Positions 10,901 through 21,601 of a DNA stretch of 64,000 nucleotides are shown in pieces. The stretch is from Phyllosticta citribraziliensis (Eukaryota). Every line of letters begins with the position of its first letter. Positions within the stretch are counted from its first letter, which is position 1. The translations under genes and the position numbers were made by a program. Location: contig NW_027117342.1 of the NCBI RefSeq assembly GCF_038025025.1, positions 1-64,000 on the forward strand. The letters are read 5' to 3'. The notes below the pieces were generated by a model. The model saw nothing but the letters and a program-made list of their open reading frames with translations. It had not been told where the DNA came from and ran no database searches.

Positions 10901-12185
10901 GGAGCGTTAGCCAGTGTCAAGAGTGAGCCAGGGATGTGGGGAGTAAGCCAGCTCTGCTTACTGGTAGTCTGTGTCCGTATCTACGTTCCGTTGGCAATCT
11001 TGTCCTGATGCTCTTGGATCAAGCAAAACTTTCGGCATTCTGGCCCATGCGACTAGCAGGGACAATGTGCCTCTTCTGGGGTGGGTACACGGGCAGTCCT
11101 GAGGCCGTCCAGCCAGCCGGCAATCGACATGGCGAGGCCTCGAACGGCGTCACTCAACGCGACTGCTGCTTCAAGCGCCAATGACTGCAGTGACGTGTCG
11201 GTTGCTCGGGCGATGAACTCATCCGTACATTGTTCGAGGATGATGTCGTGTTGCTCCTCGTATGATACCGTAACCCAGTCGTGGCCGATTTCGGCGGCTT
11301 GGGTCGTCATTTTGGCGTCGTTGGACGGAGGGGTTGCGAAGGGTTGATCGACATAGGCGGCGCTGCTGGGAGCGAGATTGAGCGAGATTGAGCGAGAGGG
11401 GCAGAGGAGAAGATGGAGATGAGTAGAGTCGGAGGAATGAATTTGTTCGGTCGGGCGTGGTGTGGGTGTGGGTGACTGCCGTCGCGCCTGCCCTGCCAGA
11501 AGCAGAAGTGACGACCAAGGACGTCGTGACTGTCGGGTGAGACCTCAATCTCGGCTCCATGTATTGTTCATGGTGTTGTCAGAGCAGCGCGGTGTGGCGT
11601 TTATGGCGAGCTGTCAAGTACTTGTTGACATGGCCCTCGGCCGGTTTGGGCGAGTTGGGAGTTTTTTGTCCTCTACCACTTCGACTCGGTGAATCGCGAC
11701 GCCGCGTCCTCCTCATCCTCTGGCACCACTTCCACCCTCATAGAAAAGGCGGTACTGGGTCATTCTTCGGGCGGTAGTGCTGGGAGAGGTAGGATAAGGA
11801 AGCAGAGGGTGGATGCGGGCACGCGCGGTCATGATTTGCGGCGACAGTGCAAATCTCCATTGTCCTCGTTCAAGCCATGTCCACGCCGCGCTTTTTCTTC
11901 TCCTTGAATGCGTCAAAAGACGGTTCCGGCATGGACGGCGTCAAACTCGTCAGGGCCCCACGAGGTGGACGGTGATTTGATGGGGGAGGGCGGTTTGTAG
12001 TGTGGGGGTGGGCCTGAAGGTAGCGTGAGAGCAGCGGGTGCTCCTGTTGAGAGGGCGAGTACACGGGTCCAAGCAGTATGGAGAAGCCGTGATTAGGCCT
12101 TTTGGTTGGCCAGGCCCTGGCGGGCCATCTGTCGGATAGCCCTAAATGTCGCGGAGGTGTCCACGATCCTCAACCAGCTCACCCG

Positions 12186-13016
12186 TCACCAGGTCGATTT
12201 TGTCGATGCCACCGTCTTCTCGGGCGTACTTGGCCAAAGAAGACAGCGGTGAAGATCGGGTCGGCCCATGCTGGTGCTGCTGGGGGTGGTGTTGTCTCGA
12301 GACATGTTGTTGGATGGAAGGAGGACGCATGGAAGGCGTGTGGTGTTGGAAGAGCAAACGCCCCAGTAGCGCGTTGGTTTCGTGGGGAGAGGTGCGCGCG
12401 CAAGAATGTGGATGGCAAACATGATGACGAAGACGCTGCAGTCGTCTGTCCTAGTCTGATGCATACGTGCCAGCATCTCAACCTGCCACCCGTCCCAAGA
12501 TATGTCTATGCTGCTTACGATGGCGCGGGCCATGTCCGTGGCATTTTCGACGGTTGGGGGAGCTAGCGAATCGTAAAGTCTTGCGCGTGAAGCCAGAAGT
12601 CCACTCAGACTAGGAACCATTGTCTCCCGGAGCAACCAATGTCGAGCAAACGGCTGTCGGGCTGCATGAATTTGGCAATCCGTCGAGAGGTCGGTAGAGC
12701 TCAGCCAGGCTGACGGCGAAAGCTGAAGTCGAGTAGCAGCAGCAGCATTAGGTCAGGTGTTGTTGAAGCGCGTGGGCTACGGTCGGGCGAGGCGTGCAAA
12801 TCTACTATGGTGAGTGGTTAGCTTGAGAGCTACCGCTGGCGTCGACGGGCATCTACACATCCATCTACGAACCTAGCAGCGTCGTCGTCGTCGTCGGAGA
12901 TGATGGTCTCCACGAGAGACATGGCACCGAGGTCTTCCTCTTCTGGCGGCGGCTGATTGCGGGCATGCTCGACGCTGACGTCTGAGGCAGAATCGCTCAA
13001 GTAATCAGCGGTAGCC
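12186..13016 (-). pseudogene. Degenerate Ulp1/peptidase C48 (SUMO protease-like) gene
   Basis: Minus-strand frame reads LSPSAWLSSTDL..RHWLL..RLYDSL..GWQV..HQTRTDDCSVFVIMFA, giving H, D, Q, C in C48 order. The segment between the WL motif and HW looks deleted. An upstream exon has VETIISDDDDD, an intron (GTTCGT..GCTAAC..TAG) and in-frame stops. Boundaries are approximate. Confidence 0.65.
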
Positions 13017-13263
13017 TAGGGAATACGCAGTGCTTAGGTGGGCAACAAGGTACTGTGGAGAGCTCATTGTTTTCCCGAACTTTGGTAACAGTGTCAATAG
13101 AAGCTCTGTCATCGTCTGTTGTCTGGTGCGTATCTAAGCGTGTGCCAGTTATGTAGTAGGTGCATCAAGCGGAGAGAAATGCGCTTCTTGATTTATCTAG
13201 ATTTTGGTTTCAAAATTAATGCATTACGCTGAAGCCGTCTAATCCCAACCCCCTAATGTTTTC

Positions 13264-14040
13264 CTACCTATTCCTCGTCGTCCGTTTTACGTTCCTCCTA
13301 AGGTTCGGTTTGACATCTTCGTTGCTGTCTTCGGCGAGGGCTTTGGCAATGGCGTCGAGTAGGGTTTTGCCGAGTATAGCGGCGCTGGTGCCTTGATTGA
13401 CAGACGACTCCTCCTCTTCCTTCTTCTTCTCATTCTCTTCCTCCTGCTTTTGAGCGCTGCGCGGTGAGACGGCAGCATTTTTGCCGCTGTTGCCGGCGCT
13501 GCTCATGTACGCCGTGATTGAGTTTTTGCTGGACGTGGCCGTGGCCGTGGCCGCGGTCGCGCAGTGCGTGGCTCGCTGGTGTCGCTTCATGTTTTTGTCG
13601 CGCGTGTACTTTTTGCCGCACACGCACGCGAAAAGCTTCTCACGCCTGTGGACGGTGCGGCGGTGGCCCTCGACGTGGGTGCGACGCGCAGGGAAGTGGT
13701 GCTGTGGTAGGGCTCCTGGGCGTTGTTCTAGTTGTTGCATATCAGGGAGCGAAGCCATGTCGCTGCTTTCATGCCCCACCATCGGGCTGGGTGAATCGGC
13801 GCTGAATTTGAACTCGTCGTCGTCGCTGCTGTCATCCACCGCCACGGGGCTGGGCGAATCGGCGCTGGCTTTGAACTCATCGTCGTCGCTGCTGCTGGCG
13901 CTGGCGCTGGCGCTTTTTGATGGTGGACTGTAATCAGACATTGAGTCCGAGTCTGAGAGGACGATGCGGCGGCGCTTCATCGTCTGGCCTTGCCACGGAC
14001 GGCGCTGCATGAAGTTTTGGTGGTCAGGAGAAGATGACAT
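13264..14040 (-). CDS. C2H2-type zinc-finger protein (258 aa) with an acidic/Ser-rich N-terminus
   Basis: HRRTVHRREKLFACVCGKKYTRDKNMKRHQRATH (partial finger, linker, then a CxC..H..H finger). Internal duplication SSDDDEFKxSADSPSP occurs twice. Confidence 0.65.
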   Translation of the reverse strand: MSSSPDHQNFMQRRPWQGQTMKRRRIVLSDSDSMSDYSPPSKSASASASSSDDDEFKASADSPSPVAVDDSSDDDEFKFSADSPSPMVGHESSDMASLPDMQQLEQRPGALPQHHFPARRTHVEGHRRTVHRREKLFACVCGKKYTRDKNMKRHQRATHCATAATATATSSKNSITAYMSSAGNSGKNAAVSPRSAQKQEEENEKKKEEEESSVNQGTSAAILGKTLLDAIAKALAEDSNEDVKPNLRRNVKRTTRNR

Positions 14041-17000
14041 TGTAGAGAGGGGATGAGGACATGGAAAACTTACCAGGTTAGCTGCACAGTTCCGTGTCTA
14101 AATACTTGTAGCGGTCGAGCCACGGCAGAGCACACGTATGCCCGTCGCCATTTGACGGAGAAGCACATTTCATGCGATTAATCGCCTTGTTTCATGCTTC
14201 CTCTCCGCTGGTGGGCCGTCTATCCACTTCTATTCTTGCGCGCTCACAACTCTGCCGTTTCTTTTGGTGTTATACACAACGGGGAGCGGGGAGTAGCAGC
14301 CGGCTAATTTCGAAGCGGGTCGGTCCGTCGATCAAGAAGATGCATCGTAAAGTTGTCAAATTCAAGGGTAGTCAGGGATTGATGATGTCGACAGAATTGT
14401 GTCAACGCGAGTGTTTTTCGTGCGACAAATTGACTCTGAGGCTTGCTAGCGGTCGGGTGGCACAAGAAGGCCTTCCTCAAAGACCCTCTGAAAGGTGCAC
14501 AGTTGAGACCCATGGCAACGATGTTTTTGGGGACTTGGAGGGTCGTGCGCTGATGCATCATCGTAAAAAAAAGCAAGGGAAATCAGGAAAAGAAACTGTG
14601 GAAAATTAATGACCAAACAAAAACAACCATGAGCACCGGCCTCGGCTGTCGCGTTAACTGGAATTTATCCCGGGCTACCCATAATTCGCACTCGGCGCGT
14701 CAAATGGAAACCTACCTTTTTCTTGATGACGGCAGCAGTCCTCTCCGCCGTCTTGGCCCCCACTCACAGCAGCACCGGCCGTGCAACATGTCTCCATGCG
14801 ACGATGCTGTCCATCTCGCGCGCTTGGTAGGCTTGCCTCTGTCGTATTTTATCCCGTCTCTTCCTTATTCCTGAAGGCCCCGACCTCGGCGAAGGCGGCG
14901 ACCTGGCGCCAACGCCCGCGCTGCCGCGGCCAATAAGCGGACACTCGGCAAACGCAGCCGCAGTCGACGCGCAGAGCCTTCAACTGCAACAGAGAAGACG
15001 CGGAGGCCCGGAACACCAGACACTGGGCGGCGTAGCAGCATTTGTTGGAGGAACCGGGTCGCAGGGGGGCAGACGATTCGGAAGCAGCGCCGCGAAGTTG
15101 AAAGCCTACAACGCCGGCTGGTTGACAGGGATGACGACAAGATCCATTCTTGCGGCTATCGGCGCGCCAAATTTCAAGGGCAGAAAAATGAGCGGGTCGC
15201 AGCGCAAGCGGCTGGTACCGTAGGGTTGTTGTTGTTGTTGTTGCGACGGGGGACATGACTGCGGCGGCGAGGGCAGCTGCTGCTTGACGAACATGGCCGC
15301 GCGGCACAGCGACTCGAGGCTGACAGACGACACGGTGCTGCCCATGGTCATGCGGCCCTCAGTCGCTATCAGCTTGCGGATGAATTGGGAGAGAGAGAGA
15401 GGGGCGTACAACGTACCCTGCCAATGATGATAGGAATGAGCCGCTAGCGAGGTTTGACAAAGGTTCAAGGGAGAAGGGCGTGGATAAGGGCGGTCATGAT
15501 GGAGAGGCTTCGGCCGAAGGCGAGGGCAAGACTCGAGGTGGTGGATGGAGAAATGAAAGCGAGAGAGACGAAGTTGGACTGGACCGGGACGGGACCCGGA
15601 CCTGACCTGAGTGGTTGACGCTGACGTCATTTCCGCTTGCTTCCCTCCAGGTCAACACCACCGCAGGCACCGTCCCGCCATCACATCACAACCACCCACG
15701 GCACCAATACTCCAGGGAATTTCAAGGACTCGCGCTTCTGGTTCTTTCGGCTTTCTCAGTGGTGAGCTCACTGCAACAACACTGCCCAGCCCTCTTCTTC
15801 TGCCCCGTACCACCACTCCGCTAACTTGCATGTACCACCAGAGTGACGAATCGCCTCTCTCTGTACTGGGCCGACATGTCCGGCTCCGCTCCCTCGCTCC
15901 CGTACATCTCACGGCACTTTGGCGGCATTGCCCCAGACATGCCCAGTTCATACGGCCTCGACATCTCCCATCCCGGCCCAGCAACTCCTGCCAGCCGCCG
16001 CCGCCGCCACCGCCATCGCAGAAATAACGGGTAGCTGGGTACAAAAGTGGGTGCGGCGCACTGAGGAGGCTCTAGAAGATGGCAACAAACATGACTTGAT
16101 GCGCGCAGAGGATGAGAAGCAACCAAACCGAGAGGGAGAGGGGGACGGGTCAAGACGAGCGCCTTCTCGCGCCCGCACTGCCGTCATGATGGAACATCAC
16201 CGTGGCATTGGTCCAGCTACGCGTCGCCAGAGTCAACTGCCGCACCGCCTGCCTTCCATCTCCCTGCCAGACTCGCCCCAGACCGAACACCCACCTTATG
16301 AGCTGTGAGGGTACAGGGATAACCATAACCACCCCGGCCCGCGCGCGTCGCGTACGCGTTTTCTGGTGCTGGAGATGCAGCCGCTGCCCCGTGTTTGCCT
16401 GGCTGGCGCGGAGAATTTCACCTCCAAACTCCTGTCCCCGCTGGCCCGCGCCTTGGTGGACGCGACCGATAGTATTTCATCTCTTGCGACGCCCACGCTC
16501 AAGCTCGACCTCGACCCTCGTCTGACCTCTTCTGGCAGAGCATGATGGCCTCCACCCGGTATGCATACGCCATGTGATGCCAAATGCGGTTCACTGGGCG
16601 GCCGGTACGTCTGGCGACACGTTTGCTCAGCACCCTCGCACCAGAGCTCCGCGACGAGATCGAGCTGATGCACTCTCACTGCCGCTTGGCCGCCCTAGGT
16701 ACGCAGACATGACCAAGCCAAACAACGGGAAATGCTAACCTTCACCACTCGTGTAGCCCGGCCTGCTCCTACAGCGCTGCCAGCTCGACCACCGTCGCCA
16801 CTGTTCCTCCTTCTACTCTGCCAGCCCGACTGCGGGCACCCTTTCGCCGGCACCGGAGGTTAACAGCTCGACGGCTCACACGGACTTGCCAGTCGCAGCC
16901 CTGGGCACCCCTACTCCACTACTTGACGACCAGGCAGGACCATAGCCGTCTTAGTCGCCTTGTGCCCACGACCGACGCGTCCCCAAGGGCGGCAACCCCG

Positions 17001-17471
17001 CGCCCAACCAGAGCCGATGTAATGGACGCGCTGCTGCGACTTTGCGCCGTGGCGACGAGTCCTTCACTGCCGTCCGACAGTGCTCCCCGACGCTTACGGT
17101 GAGAGGCAGGTCGGGCTTGCGCCGCCGCTGCCGGGCACCGCCTTTTTGGTTGGCGAACGCCGCTGCGCAATAGCAAGGTCACCCATATTGTAGCAAGTTA
17201 GAGGTCGCATGGCTAAGCGGATCTGCAATATGCTGATTGACTTCCCCCACCAGCAATTCCCCGTGCTCATGAGCTGCGTTGACTTTGACGAGGCCCGGCC
17301 GCCGCTCTACAGCTTGGAGGCCTACCGCAGCCGGACGCCTGTTTTCCCTGTCGCAACGCAGGCTCGACCGGCCGCCATTTTGTGGGCTACCGCGAGACGC
17401 GAGCAAGGAGGACAGAGACGCCGGCTGTTTCGGTGCAGATAAAGATCAAGACGACGGCCGCCCAGACAGCA

Positions 17472-17726
17472 AAGAAGCCGGCAAATAAGAACGCCGTCTA
17501 CCAAGGCTATGAGCTCAAAGACGGTGACGACCAGATGTGGCATGCGAAGTGGTGTCTGGGCTCGTGGAACAAGTCTGGCTCCAATACCCTCCTGCTCTTC
17601 GAAGAAGCCGGCGAAGAAGAACGCCGTCTACTGCGACTACGAGTTTGAAGACGGTGACGGCCAGATGTGGCATGCGAAAAGTGGTGTCTGGACTCGTGGA
17701 ACAAGACTGGCTCCAAGACCCTCCTG
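17472..17726 (+). repeat. Diverged ~130-bp tandem duplication inside a decayed coding region
   Basis: KKPANKNAVYQGYELKDGDDQMWHAK versus KKPAKKNAVYCDYEFEDGDGQMWHAK; copies start near 17472 and 17602. Confidence 0.9.
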
Positions 17727-18679
17727 TACAAAGGCGCGTGGTCAATCGCGGTAGAGGTTGCATTGCCCTGCTTGTCACCCTGTGTGCTGGTCAATGGGGG
17801 TGCCTAGTTGGTAAAGCGAGGCGGCGCTTCTAGACATGTGGGTGCAGCTTTCTGGCGCAACGGCAGACCGTCATGTAAGCAGCTTCGCGGCTGACCAGGG
17901 AATGGACGATCCCGGGCCTGGTTGTGAGCGTCCACTCTGCACTACACTCATACCTCTCAGCAAGCACCGAACCACGCCGCTCTACTCGCACCTGTACCTG
18001 TTTCAGCGTCACCAGCCCCATGTACTCGGCCCTCACAGACGTGTCCGCAACCATCAACTCAAGCTCATCCATATCTCTCAATTGCAGTTGCCGCAGCGGT
18101 ACTATACCCGGCACTCCTAGCGTCTTTGCCCGTGCGGTCAACCTCTACTGCCGCTAAAAGAGCCTACCGGTCCTGGCTGCAGGCGCACGGCCCGACTCAG
18201 AATACCGGTAGTGCCTCAAGTCTGTCGACGTGTGACTCGGTTGCCGCGTGCCCGCGTGCGTCTGCTATGGGAGTACGACTCGCGCAACGGCGCCAGCGCG
18301 TGAAGCTCCTCCTTGTGCATCTCTTGCAGGTACTGGTAGGTCCTGAGTCGTAGGTCGTGGATGGCGGCATCGGCTCTGGTGTTGTAGAACGGTGGCCATG
18401 GTGGCAAGGGAGCATGGGGAGGAAGAAGAAGAAGAGAGTTGACGAGGGTGGTGTTGCTGGTGCGAGGATCGCTGCGTTTACGCCTTGGCCGCTACGACGG
18501 CCAACGCTTTCAATCCCCAATACCATCTTGCGAGACCGCGCGCGCCGCCTTGCTTTTCCCCGCCAGGACTTCCTTCTGTTGTTTGTTCTCAAGTTTGCTG
18601 TGACGTCCAAGTCCAATTCACCCGTCGTACTGTTCCCCTCCTCTCCTCGCTGTCGCCAGGGAGCCCCGACCCGCGCTTG

Positions 18680-19796
18680 CTAGTGACCGCGGAGATTACT
18701 CAGCAGCATCCCAGCTGCAGCAAGCGACGCAAAAATGATGTAGCGCGCTCCGGCCAGGCCATGTTGCTGGCGAAGAGCGCGGTGGAGGGAGTGGAAAGCG
18801 CGGAATTGGGCTTCGCTCAAGGTCGTTGGCGAGAGTTCGGCGTAGTCGCCTGGCACGAGGACGCTGCCAGCCATGGCCGGCGGTTCAGCGTGAGCGAGAG
18901 GACGAGGTTTATGAATGTACATACTCGCCACGCCGCCGGAAGTCCGGCCCTACCTCACTGCTACTCGTCTTGCTTGCGTCCTAGCCGCAGGTTATTGAAG
19001 AGAGACGCCGGCCTCTCGCCGGCAGGACTGGATTGAATACCACAACTCTCAACTTTTGGTGACAGTGCACGTCATTCGGCGCCTGAACAGCTGGAATTTT
19101 CGACCGCTCCTCCCGGCTCTACCAAGACAGACAAGACGCGCTGCTCCAACGACACCGCTGCCCCCACCGCGTTCGTCGCGCGAGCGAGCCCTCTCCAAAC
19201 TGTTGCAATTGCTAGATCCATGGCCCTGCCAGAACGCGATTCACAACGTGTGGCGACGCCTTTTCACAGACGGGGCTGATGAAGAACAGGGTCGTGTGGG
19301 AAAAGGATCGAGTCTCCACCGACTTTGAAAGGCCGAGTCGGGAGACGGACCCATGGCACGCGCCAGTTGTAACCTGTATTGCGCCGGAGCGATTGCGCTC
19401 TGTCGCCCGCCGAGAGCCCATTTTGTGATTCCATCTTCCATCATCCCTCAGCCTGTTAGGCGAACGAGGTGCGGCTGACGATGCGGCGAGAGGATGAGGC
19501 GGGGCCTGAGTAGAGGGTGGGGTGATGGGGGAAAAGGCGGGTCGCGAGGGCGAGTTGGCAGCCGAGGAGCTGGGTCCGCTGGAGAAGTTGAAGGTGGTGG
19601 ACATGGGAGTAAGGCCACGATGTCCGCAGGATTGCTGACTTGAGGTGCTCGAGGGCAATCACTGTGCCAGCTCGCGGGCCAGGCGCTGCGTCTGGCGCGT
19701 CCTCAGCTGCTGCAGCATATCGGCATGTGAGGTGGCTTCCAAGGCGGCGGCGGCGGCGGCGGCGGCGGCTGAAATGTTGGATTCGGGTGGTTCCAT
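18680..19796 (-). pseudogene. Decayed gene divergent from array 2 (Ala/Ser/Pro-rich N-terminus; unknown family)
   Basis: MEPPESNISAAAA... is broken by TGA at 19659-19661 and continues in the same frame (track 19212..19658); further frameshifted pieces lie downstream. Confidence 0.35.
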
Positions 19797-20527
19797 TGTG
19801 AGTTTCGGGTCGGCGATGAGGTCGTTGGGCGATGAGGTCGTTGCTGGGCGTCCAATCTCAGGAGGAGCGAAGCGGTGGGAAGAGAGGGGGATGCCGCGAG
19901 TCGAGATGACGACGGGAGGGGACGTGACGGCGGAGACAGGGAGACCGACTGGAGTCCGTCGATGCCGATGTAGGGGAGACGCGTGAGGTGGTAGGCGCGA
20001 CGCGACGCGTCGGGTGCGTGTGTAGAGTAAGCAAGGCGGTGGCAGAATCAATATCCCTCCCTTCCCTCCACCACGCGACCAGCACCACTGCACCTGGAAA
20101 CCCTGCACGGCATGCATCATCGCACCTTGATAGCTTCCCGTCTGCTCTGTGGCAATAATGCTGACTCCCAGCGTTGGCAATCGACGCGCAAATCATCCTT
20201 TTCAGCCCTTCTACCGGCCGTGCTCCTCTCGTTCGCTGCACTGTTGTAGCTCCGCCGGCAAGGCACCACCACACGGTCCGCCGATCGGGTGGAAGGTGTT
20301 TTTGTCGCATCAGCGGTTGCTGCACACTGCATGCCCCGCATAGCGATGAAGACATACGAGGTCATCTCTTGCTGACGTGTCGTCAATCCTCAGCGACGCC
20401 GCCGGTCGAAGGCTGAAGATGCTCACCGGCGGGAAGCAACCAACCTTACCCTCTCTCGGTTGGCGTCGGAAGCTGTGCGTAAAGTGCCGCTGCGCGCGCC
20501 GAATACAATACCCGCTTACATAACGTC

Positions 20528-20982
20528 CATACTCGCCAGCGGGAATCACACTCGCCAGCGAGTATGGCTTTCTCGCTCACGTGACCGGCATACTCGCCAG
20601 CAGGAATCATACTCGCCGGCGGGTATGGCTTTCGCTCACGTGACCGGCATACTCGCCAGCGGGAATGGCCATACTCGCCGGCGGGTATGGCTTTCGCTCA
20701 CGTGACCGGCATACTCGCCAGCGGGAATGGCCATACTCGCCGGTGGGTATGGCTTTCTCGCTCATGTGACCGGCATACTCGCCAGCGGGAATGGCCATAC
20801 TCGCCGGCGGGTATGGCTTTCGCTCACGTGACCGGCATACTCGCCAGCGGGAATGGCCATACTCGCCGGCGGGTATGGCTTTCTCGCTCATGTGACCGGC
20901 ATACTCGCCAGCGGGAATGGCCATACCCGCCAGCGGCAATGTCCTTTCTCGCTGGCGGAAATCGTACTCGCCAGCGGTAATG
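20528..20982. repeat. Palindromic tandem array 2: ~62-64-bp unit TCAYGTGACCGG-CATACTCGCCAGCGGGAATGGC-CATACTCGCCGGCGGGTATGGCTTT(CT)CGC, six units
   Basis: TCAYGTGA at ~20577, 20636, 20698, 20762, 20824, 20888. Same architecture as the first long unit of array 1 (5194-5257); both arrays end in TTTCTCGCTGGCGG. Confidence 0.96.
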
Positions 20983-21279
20983 GTACTGTAGTTACTAACA
21001 GAGGCCGCTGACTCTCCCTCTCCTCCTCCTTCTCCTCGCACAGGACTACAAAACCTTCTGGACACTTTGCGTCGTCTCGTGTCGCGTCCGCCTCTCTTCT
21101 CTCTCTGCTGTCCCCCCCAACCATCCATTCCACAGCGACATCCACACTGACCCGACTGCCTGCTGCGCACGCCTCGACTCCATCCCACTGCCAACATCAT
21201 GGTCCAAACCCCCGTACTTCCTGACCTGCGAAACCCGCGTCCTTGCTGACCCGCGTACCCTGCGTCCTTCCCGACCAGC

Positions 21280-21430
21280 GTTCGCCGCATGAACGTCGGT
21301 CTCACGTGTGCAAAGAGCTCGCTGTGGGTGCTGGGCAACTCGCAGAGTCTACCCAGGGACGAGTTCTGGCGCAAGCTCGTTGAGGACGCGCAGAAGAGGG
21401 ATCGGTACACGCAAAGCGACTTGATGGGCA
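21280..21430 (+). pseudogene. Fragment of a Sen1/Upf1-like SF1 helicase C-terminus (motif VI region)
   Basis: VRRMNVGLTCAKSSLWVLGNSQSLPRDEFWRKLVEDAQKRDRY matches the RRxNVxxTRA(K/R)..L.vlGn..L....W..L pattern; the motif Arg is replaced by Cys. No other helicase motifs are nearby. Confidence 0.8.
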
Positions 21431-21463
21431 TGTCGAGGCAGCACTCAACCGCTTTCCCGGCTC

Positions 21464-21601
21464 AATTCACTCATCCTCCCCGAGCACACTCCTGCCCGTA
21501 CGTAGACCCTTGCACGCGTCGCATTGCCGACCGCGAGCTGACATTGTACAGTCGACATTCTTGTCGAGCGACGACGCCTCGCCCAAACAAACCTGCAGGT
21601 C
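21464..21601 (+). pseudogene. Fragment of the Bqt4-like APSES gene N-terminus with its intron (21498-21551); paralogous to 25786-25930
   Basis: Spliced reading NSLILPEHTPA|LDILVERRRLAQTNLQV, nearly identical to NPLILPEHTPA|LDILVERRRLGQTNLQV at 25786-25927, with the same GTACGT donor position. Confidence 0.8.
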
